The position numbers and the translations under genes were made by a program. The notes beneath the pieces were generated by a model. It was not told where the DNA came from. It worked only from the letters and a program-made list of their open reading frames with translations, and ran no database searches. From contig CAYHAR010000001.1 in assembly GCA_964354595.1 (NCBI GenBank), forward strand, positions 1-54,061: a stretch of 54,061 nt of DNA, written 5' to 3'. Positions 40,211-47,519 of this stretch are shown piece after piece (position 1 is the stretch's first letter; the number at the start of each line of letters is the position of its first letter). This stretch comes from an uncultured Anaerolineae bacterium. GTDB taxonomy: Bacteria; Chloroflexota; Anaerolineae; Fen-1058.

Positions 40211-40263
40211 ACACAGATAAAAACATAAAAGAAAATCTGTGTAATCTGTGTTCATCTGTGTCC
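40189..40263. repeat. CACAGAT/ATCTGTG palindromic element, copy 4
   Basis: GGACACAGATAAACACGGATGAACACAGAT-aaaaacataaaagaaa-ATCTGTGTAATCTGTGTTCATCTGTGTCC. Ends 18 nt upstream of the DUF499 ATG. Confidence 0.85.
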
Positions 40264-40281
40264 AACCAATAGGAGTAGCAC

Positions 40282-43200
40282 ATGGCAGCACCGCAACCCT
40301 GGCATCAACTCTGCAAGATCCGCGAGGACGTTCGCACCGGCACGCTCACGCTCGACGAGTTCGCCGCTGACCTGAACGCTGTCCGGACAGGCGAAGCGCC
40401 CGCCGTCTACAAGAACCCCGACGCCTTTTTCTCCCGCACCTATCCCACCTACAAGATGAAGACGCTCGTCCGTGACGTGCTGCATCGGTTGAGCGGAGAA
40501 GGCGGCAAGCCCATCCTGCACATCCAGGTGGCCTATGGCGGCGGCAAGACGCACACGCTCATCACGTTGTTGCACCTGGCCGAGCACGGCGCGGAATTTG
40601 CCGATCATCCCACCGTCCGTGAGTTTCTCGACTTTGCGGGACTCGGCGGCGGCAAGGTGCCGCGCACGCGCGTGGCGCTTTTGCCCTTTGACAAGTTTGG
40701 CGTCAAGGAGGGCCTCACCGTTCTGGGGCCGGATGGCAAGCCGCGCACGGTCAAGACGCCCTGGGGCGCGCTGGCCTATCAACTCGGCGGCGATGCGGCC
40801 TTTGCCCGCGTCAAGGAGCACGAAGACGATTACGTCACTCCCGCCGAGCCGTTGCTAGTTGACCTGCTCAAGCTGCCCCAGGCGCAAGGCCTCGCGACAC
40901 TCATTCTGATTGACGAGGCGGTCTGGTACTATCGCAATGCGGTGGACAATCAGCCGCGCCGATTTGGGATCATCAAAGACTTTTACCAGGTGCTCACGCA
41001 AGCGGTCGCCAAAGTCAACCGAGCCGCGATGGTGGCCGCGCTGATCGCCTCGCGCGTCGAGGCCAACGACGAGACCGGCGCGAAATGCCTCAAGGTGTTG
41101 GAAGATGTCTTTGGCCGCATGGCTGAGGCCATCGAGCCGGTCGTCAAAGACGACGTGTCCGAAGTCTTGCGCCGCCGCCTGTTCGAAGTGGTGCCCGGCG
41201 AAGAACAGCGCCGGCCCAGCATAGACGCGCTGATGGCCCAGATGCAAAAGCTGCCGTTGCGCGACGCGCAAAAAGATCAGGCTGCTTACAACCGGCTGAT
41301 GCAGGCGTATCCGTTCCACCCTGACCTGATTGACGTGCTCTATTCCAAGTGGACGCAGTTCAGCGGCTTTCAGCGGACGCGCGGCGCGCTCCGTCTGCTG
41401 GCGCTTGCGCTGCGCAACGTGGGCACGGACGATCCGTTCCCCGTCATCGGCCCGCACGCGCTTCTGGCCAGGGACGACCTCTCGCCCGCCCTTGTCGAGC
41501 TGATCAATTGCTGCGAAGAAAAGGAAAAGTGGACGCCCATCTTGCGCGGCGAACTGGACAAGGCGCGCGAGGCGCAGAGCGGTTTCCCGTCGCTCAAGGA
41601 TCGCGAACTCGAGCAGGCCGTCATTGCCACGTTCCTTCATTCGCAGCCCACCGGCCAACGCGCCGATCCATCCGAACTCTACGTCCTGCTCGCGCACCCG
41701 AAGGTGGATCCGCTGGCGCTTGGCGAAGCGCTCAAGAAATGGCGCGACCTGTCGTGGTTCCTTATCGAAGACTCGACCGCATGGGCGCTCAGCACCCGAC
41801 CGAACCTCACGCACATGCACGTGCGGGCGATGGAGCGCCTGCCCGAGCCCGCCGTGGATGACGAGTTGCGCAAGCGCATCCAGGGCACGGCTGACCTCAA
41901 GCAGGCCGACGACGGGGTGATACCTCACGCCTTGCCTCAAGGCCCACAGGATGTGCCCGATAACGTCGAGGGCCTGCGCTATCTCATCCTCGGCCCCGAG
42001 TGCGCCGTTGATCCTGGCAAGCCGCTGCCCAAAGCCGTCGAGGATTATTTCAAGATCACGACCGGCCCCAAGAATCCCCGCACCTATGCCAACACGCTGG
42101 TCGCACTGGCTCCCGATCATGCTCGACTGGCCGGTTTGCGCGATCAGGTGCGGCGCTTTCTCGGCTGGCGCGGCGTCGAAACCAGCGACGAGTTCAAATT
42201 GCTGTCCGACCTTCAACGCAAAGAACTCGCCCGTCGCAAGCAAGCGTCGCAGGATGGTCTCTCCGATGCGGTGCGTGCCACCTACAGCGTCTTGTTGGCT
42301 GTGGACGAAACAGGCCGCGTCGTCGCCAAAGCGATTCCATCCGAGCTGGGCCAGCCGCCGTTCGAGCGCATTAAAAAGCTCTTGTCCGAGTCCGAACGCC
42401 TGCTGATGTCCACGCTCGATCCCGAGTTGCTGCTGCCCGGCAGCTATTTTGAACTGTGGGGGCCGGACGAGAAAAGCAAAAAGGTGCAAGACCTGGTCTC
42501 GGCGTTTGCCCAGTTCCCTCGCTTGCCCAGATTGCTGCGTCCACGCGCTTTGCGGGATACCCTCGTGCGCGGCGTGCAGGCTGGCAAGCTGGTCTTGCGC
42601 CTCGTCCGCGACGACGGCTCGATTCGCACTTTCTGGATGCTCCCGCCGGACGAAGACGCGCTGGCGCGTCCGCAGCTCGAAGTGCTCCCGGCGGACACGG
42701 CAGAGCTTGCCAACCTCGAGCCTGAATTGCTTATCCCAGGCACAGTGTCCGAACTGTGGCCAGTCTCGGGCGACCCGGTTCGCGTCTCCAGCCTGCGCAC
42801 CTTTTTTGACGGCAAGCGCGCGCCTCGCCTTCATTCGCCCGATGTGCTCGATGCTGCAATCCGCGCCGCTGTTCAGCGCGGCAGCCTGATGGGCCGGCAG
42901 GGAACCAAGACCTATCTCCGCGAGCCGTTGCCCGCTGGCAATGTGGCAGACGATTTGGAGTTGCTGACGCCACCGCCCGCCGTTCGCGGCGCTGACCTCG
43001 GCCCCAAGGGATTGCCGGAAGCATGGCACGCTGGCAAAGCTTCACTTGATGTGATTGCCGGTGCACTTGCCAAACGGCGCGGCTACGCCGTTCCGTGGGT
43101 ACTGTTGCGGGATGGCGTGAGCGAGGCGCTGTCGGCGCACCTGTTTGAGGTGGCCGAGGGCAGCACTCCCTGGCCCTGCACACCGGACGCGCTTGACCGC

Positions 43201-43677
43201 GTCAATTTCCGCACGGTCGAAGTCATCGAAGTAGACCCGGCTGAATTAGTAGGTGCGGGCATTCAGTATGCGGGGACAGAAGGCACGCCCACACTCCGCA
43301 AAATCAAAGAAGCCCTGGAGCAAACTCGTGGGCAGGCTATCCCCGGCGACGTATTCCGCAAGGCCGTCGAGGGCGCGGTCAACAAGGGCATCATCACTAT
43401 CGCCGATTTGGGCGTCAAGGCGCTGCCGAATGCCGAGGCGCTGCTCAAACTCTGCGCCCGCCTGCCCAAGGCAACACTTGTTGCAGAGGCCGCGCTCACA
43501 CCCAAGCAACTCCAAGACCTGGCCGGCATCATCGCGCAACTCAAACAGACCGCGCCGGACTTGGAGTTTGCTTTCCGTGTAGTCATCACCGCTGAAGGCG
43601 AAAGACCGAGTGAGGAAGTACTGGCGGAGTTGAATAAACTGTTGAATGATGTAAAGAGTGGGTGGAAGATGGAGTAA
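40282..43677 (+). CDS. DUF499-type P-loop ATPase (BrxC/PglY-like)
   Basis: AGGAG lies 7 nt upstream. N-terminus PWHQLCKIREDVRTGTLTLDEFAADL, Walker A GGGKTH (40537..40554), Walker B TLILIDEA. 1131 aa. Confidence 0.8.
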   Translation: MAAPQPWHQLCKIREDVRTGTLTLDEFAADLNAVRTGEAPAVYKNPDAFFSRTYPTYKMKTLVRDVLHRLSGEGGKPILHIQVAYGGGKTHTLITLLHLAEHGAEFADHPTVREFLDFAGLGGGKVPRTRVALLPFDKFGVKEGLTVLGPDGKPRTVKTPWGALAYQLGGDAAFARVKEHEDDYVTPAEPLLVDLLKLPQAQGLATLILIDEAVWYYRNAVDNQPRRFGIIKDFYQVLTQAVAKVNRAAMVAALIASRVEANDETGAKCLKVLEDVFGRMAEAIEPVVKDDVSEVLRRRLFEVVPGEEQRRPSIDALMAQMQKLPLRDAQKDQAAYNRLMQAYPFHPDLIDVLYSKWTQFSGFQRTRGALRLLALALRNVGTDDPFPVIGPHALLARDDLSPALVELINCCEEKEKWTPILRGELDKAREAQSGFPSLKDRELEQAVIATFLHSQPTGQRADPSELYVLLAHPKVDPLALGEALKKWRDLSWFLIEDSTAWALSTRPNLTHMHVRAMERLPEPAVDDELRKRIQGTADLKQADDGVIPHALPQGPQDVPDNVEGLRYLILGPECAVDPGKPLPKAVEDYFKITTGPKNPRTYANTLVALAPDHARLAGLRDQVRRFLGWRGVETSDEFKLLSDLQRKELARRKQASQDGLSDAVRATYSVLLAVDETGRVVAKAIPSELGQPPFERIKKLLSESERLLMSTLDPELLLPGSYFELWGPDEKSKKVQDLVSAFAQFPRLPRLLRPRALRDTLVRGVQAGKLVLRLVRDDGSIRTFWMLPPDEDALARPQLEVLPADTAELANLEPELLIPGTVSELWPVSGDPVRVSSLRTFFDGKRAPRLHSPDVLDAAIRAAVQRGSLMGRQGTKTYLREPLPAGNVADDLELLTPPPAVRGADLGPKGLPEAWHAGKASLDVIAGALAKRRGYAVPWVLLRDGVSEALSAHLFEVAEGSTPWPCTPDALDRVNFRTVEVIEVDPAELVGAGIQYAGTEGTPTLRKIKEALEQTRGQAIPGDVFRKAVEGAVNKGIITIADLGVKALPNAEALLKLCARLPKATLVAEAALTPKQLQDLAGIIAQLKQTAPDLEFAFRVVITAEGERPSEEVLAELNKLLNDVKSGWKME

Positions 43678-43722
43678 TCACGTAATGGCAGCGCTGAAAA
43701 CGTGGAATATGGTGCCGCGATA

Positions 43723-43843
43723 GTAACTACTCAGCCCGCTCGGCTTGGATTGCCAAATCCAAGCCAAATGCAATGAGGTCTGCTCAATTTTGCTTGCCGA
43801 ACCGCCGGATTTGTCAATCCGGCGGGAGCGGCTGAGTAGTTAC
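43723..43843. mobile_element. 121-bp MITE-like element with 18/19-bp terminal inverted repeats and two internal hairpins
   Basis: Terminal arms GTAACTACTCAGCCCGCTC (43723..43741) and GAGCGGCTGAGTAGTTAC (43826..43843). Internal hairpins CTTGGATTgccaAATCCAAG and CCGCCGGATTtgtcAATCCGGCGG. Flanked by CCGCGATA / CCGCAATA. Confidence 0.55.
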
Positions 43844-44095
43844 CCGCAATAACTCATTGGTTCCTAGCAGCCTGTCGGAGAACGCCCAAGAACCGCCGCA
43901 AATCCCTGGAATCAAGGCTTTAGCCGGTGAAATTGCGGTGAATGGCTGCCCAGATTGACGAAAATCCGGAAAGCCTCGACTCCAACACCCTCTCCGACAG
44001 GCTGCTAGAGACACCAGGTTATGAGAGCAACTGTTGGCCGGGGCGACGGCTTGATACAGGGACCGGCGCTGGCGAGAGGAGTACGGAGGCGTTGG

Positions 44096-44458
44096 ATGAA
44101 GCCCAGAATCGATAATACCAAGTTTGGCTCGATCACCATCGAGGGGACCGTATCCGAGCACGATATCATCATCCGGCTGAGTGGCCAGGTGGAAAAGCGC
44201 AAAAAGAAACTGTCCAAGGCGGTCTATGGCACGTCGCACATCGTCTCACTGGACGAAGCCAAGCACATCTATGAAGAAGGAGCAGAACGACTCGTGATCG
44301 GCGCGGGGCAGCAAGGCATGGTCAATCTCTCAAACGAGGCGGCCGAGTACTTTAAGCAAAGAAAGTGTCAGGTGGAGCTGCTGCCCACGCGCGAGGCGAT
44401 CCAGGCCTGGAATGAGGCCGAGGGCGCCGTCATCGGCCTATTCCACATCACCTGCTGA
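44096..44458 (+). CDS. Mth938-like (DUF498) domain protein
   Basis: ATG at 44096 follows GGAGG. Contains FGSITIEG...HDIIIR...LVIGAGQQGMVNLSNEA...ELLPTREAIQAWNEAEGAVIGLFHITC. Confidence 0.7.
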   Translation: MKPRIDNTKFGSITIEGTVSEHDIIIRLSGQVEKRKKKLSKAVYGTSHIVSLDEAKHIYEEGAERLVIGAGQQGMVNLSNEAAEYFKQRKCQVELLPTREAIQAWNEAEGAVIGLFHITC

Positions 44459-44735
44459 ACTGTCCGTAACATCATCGGAGAATCAGATTCGGAGGAGACG
44501 TTGCTTGCACACTATGGTGCGATGTTGTTAAGGGCTGATTTGTTTGATAGCGATCTGACCTGTATGGGCTGAATAGAATTGTGATGCTGGTCTCCGCCGT
44601 CGCTCAGGCCGTCCATGGGTGAGAGGACTTGCCCGCCACACGAATCGGCTGACCTCTATCGTATTGTGACCTCCTTCCGCGTGTTGGTCGGATGCGCGGC
44701 CCTCGTTTGCCCGCACCGGCTCGGGCACAGGCGCG

Positions 44736-45108
44736 TCAGGCCCCCGCCGGGTAGGTGGGAGTGTGCTGGGCAAGAAACTGGGCGCGGTCTCGGTCTGATT
44801 GGAACGTGCCGAGAACCTCGCGTTGATAGGGTGTGCGAGTGCGCTCCCATTCCTGCCTGGCTTTTCGCAGTCGGTCCGTGCGCCACTGCCAGTAGTGGTA
44901 CTTGCTGGCCCTGACTGTCTAATCGGTATATCGAGGTTCGACGCAGGGCGGCTTTCCAAGCCGCTGTCTCGTGGGCGGCAAGTTGGAAACCTGCCCTACA
45001 TACAAACAAGACAGTCAGGGACTTGCTGGCCGAGCAGCACCAGTAGGTGGGTGATCCGGTGGCGGGCTCACCGCAGATGTGGCATTTGAGTTTCGTGTCC
45101 TTGTTCAT
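44736..45108 (-). pseudogene. small Zn-ribbon protein gene split by a 121-bp insertion (110-bp element plus an 11-bp duplication)
   Basis: ATG at 45108 follows GGAGGAGG. Sequence reads MNKDTKLKCHICGEPATGSPTYWCCSASK. Removing 44911..45031 restores the frame: ...SASKYHYWQWRTDRLRKARQEWERTRTPYQREVLGTFQSDRDRAQFLAQHTPTYPAGA, with the stop at 44736..44738. Confidence 0.5.
44911..45020. mobile_element. 110-bp MITE-like insertion with 10-bp terminal inverted repeats and an 11-bp target duplication
   Basis: Terminal inverted repeats CTGACTGTCT (44911..44920) and AGACAGTCAG (45009..45018). Direct repeat ACTTGCTGGCC at 44900..44910 and 45021..45031. Confidence 0.5.
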
Positions 45109-45144
45109 GTCTGCCTCCTCCCCGTCGGCATAGCCCGTTGTTGG

Positions 45145-45513
45145 CTATGCCGACAGGGCATAGAACATAGAGATCTGGGCTTCGGGCGCGGCATTCTTGG
45201 CCCGAACCTTTTTGAGCGCCATGAGGTTCTGCGCCTTTTCCCAGGTGAGGACAGGCGGCTCGACGTCCGGCATTCTGGGACTGACGGCGGTGGGGCTGCC
45301 CATCGGCGAGTCGGTCACGTCCATCGCGGGATGCTGTTCGTCGGTGGTAAAAAGCCGGTTGAGTTCGCCCAGGCTTTCGTAGGACTTGCCTTCCAGCGCC
45401 TGCTGGATCATCTGGCGCTCGATGTCCGCTTCCGCGTCGCCGGTGTCATCCACGAGGATGCCCGCCGCGTTGTCGCCGTAGAGCATCATGGCGTATTTCA
45501 TCTTGGTGCCCAT
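45145..45513 (-). CDS. hypothetical protein
   Basis: 122-aa ORF with non-biased composition (MKYAMMLYGDNAAGILVDD...). Lies upstream of the Zn-ribbon gene on the same strand. A perfect 12-bp hairpin (45124..45135 / 45143..45154) spans its stop codon. Confidence 0.4.
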   Translation of the reverse strand: MGTKMKYAMMLYGDNAAGILVDDTGDAEADIERQMIQQALEGKSYESLGELNRLFTTDEQHPAMDVTDSPMGSPTAVSPRMPDVEPPVLTWEKAQNLMALKKVRAKNAAPEAQISMFYALSA

Positions 45514-45563
45514 GATGCTGAAGGCGAGACATCATCGCGCGAGAACTGGCACAAGCTGTTGTC

Positions 45564-45576
45564 ATGGCAACAGTGA
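45564..45576. repeat. right copy of the 13-bp direct repeat ATGGCAACAGTGA flanking the accessory island
   Basis: Exact match to 31274..31286. Lies between the last island gene (start 45513, minus strand) and the ASKHA gene (45666). Confidence 0.4.
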
Positions 45577-45665
45577 TATAATTATGGGGAGCGTGTGGAG
45601 TAGAGAGTCAACCGTATTGCGTGGACGGAATACGCAATACGGAATGCGGACATTGGGAAAAGGAT

Positions 45666-47456
45666 ATGACTTTTCAAATTGACTTTGAACCGATTGGTCG
45701 TCGTGTGACGTGCGAGATGGGCGCGACGCTGTTGGACGCGGCGCAGCGGGCCGGTGTGATGTTGACGGCGGTGTGCGGCGGCGAAGGCTCGTGCGGGCGA
45801 TGTATCGTCCGTGTGATGCAAGGCAACGTGTCGCCGCCGAATTCAACTGAAGAGTCTGAGCTAGGGCGAACTGATGTGGCGGCCGGCTGGCGTTTGGCCT
45901 GCCAAACCGAAATCGCGGGCGACGTGCGAGTGCACGTCCCGCCCGAGTCGCTCGTGGCGGCGCAGCGCACGCAGACCGAGGGACAGGCCGTGGCCGTCGA
46001 GTTGGATCCGGCGGTGCGTGCGCTCGACGTGCGCCTTGCGCCGCCCGCGCTGGACGACCTCCGCTCCGACGCGACGCGGTTGCGCGACGCGGTGAGTATG
46101 CCCGGTTTGACGTTCGACGCGCGCGTTTTGCGCCGCTTGCCGGAGGATCTGCGCGCGTGGAAATTCCAGGCGTCGGTGTTCTTGCGAGATTACCAAGTGG
46201 TTGGCGCGCGTCCATTGGGCTCAACGCCGTTGGGCCTGGCAGTGGATATTGGCACGACCAAACTGGCCGCGTACCTGGTTGACTTGTCGAACGGTCAGAC
46301 GTTGGCCTCGGCCGGCGCGATGAATCCGCAGATCGCCTATGGCGAAGACGTGATGGCGCGCATCAGCCATGCGATCAATCACGCCGACGGCGGCGAGCAA
46401 TTGCGCGGAGCCGTCGTCGAGGCGCTCAATCAACTGGCGCGCGAGCTGTGCGCCCAAGCCAGGCGGGACGTGGCCGACATTGCCGATGCCGTCGTCGTCG
46501 GCAACACGGCGATGCACCACCTGTTCCTCGGCCTGCCGGTGGAGCAATTGGGGCTTGCGCCTTACGTTCCGGCGGAAAGCGCGGCGCTGGACGTGCCCGC
46601 GCGCGACGTGGGATTGAACCTTGCGCCGGGCGCGCACGTGCATTTGCTGCCCAACATTGCCGGGTTCGTCGGCGCGGATCACGTGGCGATGCTGCTCGCC
46701 ACCGGACTGGCAGAGCACGAGGGCGTCGTGCTGGGGATGGACATTGGCACCAACACCGAAGTCAGCTTGCGCGCCAAGGGCCGGCATTTCTCGTGTTCTA
46801 CGGCCTCCGGCCCGGCGTTCGAGGGGGCGCACATTCGGAACGGGATGCGCGCTGCGCCGGGCGCTATCGAAAAGGTGGCGATTCACGACGGACGTGTGCA
46901 CATCAAGACGGTGGACGACGAGCCGCCCGTCGGCCTGTGTGGCTCGGGCATTCTCGACCTGGTGGCGCAAATGTTGCGCGCGGGCGTGCTCAACGCGCGC
47001 GGGGCGATGCAGGCTCATCCGCGCGTCCGGCGCGGCGAAAACGGGCCAGAGTTTGTCGTGGTGCCGGGCGACGAAAACGGCGGGCGCGAGATCACGTTCA
47101 GCCGCGCGGACGTTTCCGAAATTCAGCTGGCCAAAGGCGCGATGCGAGCCGGGGTGAACATTTTGCTCAAGCGCGCGGGCGTCACGGAAGCCGAGATTGA
47201 CGAGGTCATTATCGCCGGGGCGTTCGGGACGTACCTGGACGCGCAGAGTGGGCTGGACATTGGCATGTTTCCGCGGGTGGAGCGGCATCGCATCCGGCAG
47301 GTGGGCAACGCGGCGGGCGCGGGCGCGCGCATGGCGCTCCTTTCCGTGGCGCAGCGCGAGCGCGCGATCCGCATCGCTCACCAAGTCGAGTACGTCGAGC
47401 TGACCACTGTCCCCGAGTTCCAGTCCGAGTTTGCGAGAGCATTGCTCTTGGAATAA
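45666..47456 (+). CDS. 2Fe-2S ferredoxin domain + ASKHA/DUF4445 protein (RACo-like corrinoid-activase family)
   Basis: N-terminal plant-type ferredoxin Cys cluster (CGGEGSCGRCIV...C), then LGLAVDIGTTKLAAYLVDL...NPQIAYGEDVMARIS...GNTAMHHLFLG. Start set at ATG 45666. Confidence 0.8.
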   Translation: MTFQIDFEPIGRRVTCEMGATLLDAAQRAGVMLTAVCGGEGSCGRCIVRVMQGNVSPPNSTEESELGRTDVAAGWRLACQTEIAGDVRVHVPPESLVAAQRTQTEGQAVAVELDPAVRALDVRLAPPALDDLRSDATRLRDAVSMPGLTFDARVLRRLPEDLRAWKFQASVFLRDYQVVGARPLGSTPLGLAVDIGTTKLAAYLVDLSNGQTLASAGAMNPQIAYGEDVMARISHAINHADGGEQLRGAVVEALNQLARELCAQARRDVADIADAVVVGNTAMHHLFLGLPVEQLGLAPYVPAESAALDVPARDVGLNLAPGAHVHLLPNIAGFVGADHVAMLLATGLAEHEGVVLGMDIGTNTEVSLRAKGRHFSCSTASGPAFEGAHIRNGMRAAPGAIEKVAIHDGRVHIKTVDDEPPVGLCGSGILDLVAQMLRAGVLNARGAMQAHPRVRRGENGPEFVVVPGDENGGREITFSRADVSEIQLAKGAMRAGVNILLKRAGVTEAEIDEVIIAGAFGTYLDAQSGLDIGMFPRVERHRIRQVGNAAGAGARMALLSVAQRERAIRIAHQVEYVELTTVPEFQSEFARALLLE

Positions 47457-47519
47457 GAAATTCATTCTTCGACATTCGACATTCGTCACTCGACACGCAA
47501 AGCGCAAGGAGGATTCACG

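Noticed and set aside
36747-40263. The CACAGAT repeats as a CRISPR array.
   Set aside because: The units are internally palindromic composite elements of variable length (63-98 bp), separated by kilobases of coding sequence. They are not regularly spaced direct repeats with short spacers, and no cas genes are present.
40855-43029. 724-aa ORF antisense to the DUF499 gene. There are similar long antisense ORFs at 32737..34905 (722 aa), 24020..25339, 46221..47525, 49252..50547, 19047..19976 and 17549..18517.
   Set aside because: Each lies entirely opposite a gene with clear family motifs. They are Arg/Ala/Gly/His/Gln-rich with no recognisable motifs. Long shadow ORFs of this kind are typical in high-GC DNA.
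32227-43677. Classifying the helicase/MTase/ATPase module as BREX, DISARM or a type I/III R-M system.
   Set aside because: The island has no PglZ or BrxL (BREX), no DUF1998/DrmB or DrmA-type helicase or PLD (DISARM), and no HsdS/HsdR or Res subunit. Only the DUF499 and SNF2/MTase domain families are shared with those systems.
44528-45108. The ORF-track models 44656..45108 (150 aa) and 44528..44959 (143 aa) as real full-length genes.
   Set aside because: Only the first ~29 codons of the 150-aa model look protein-like. After the 121-bp insertion the plausible continuation is in another frame. The 143-aa ORF is Arg/Pro/Ser/Ala-rich, like out-of-frame sequence.
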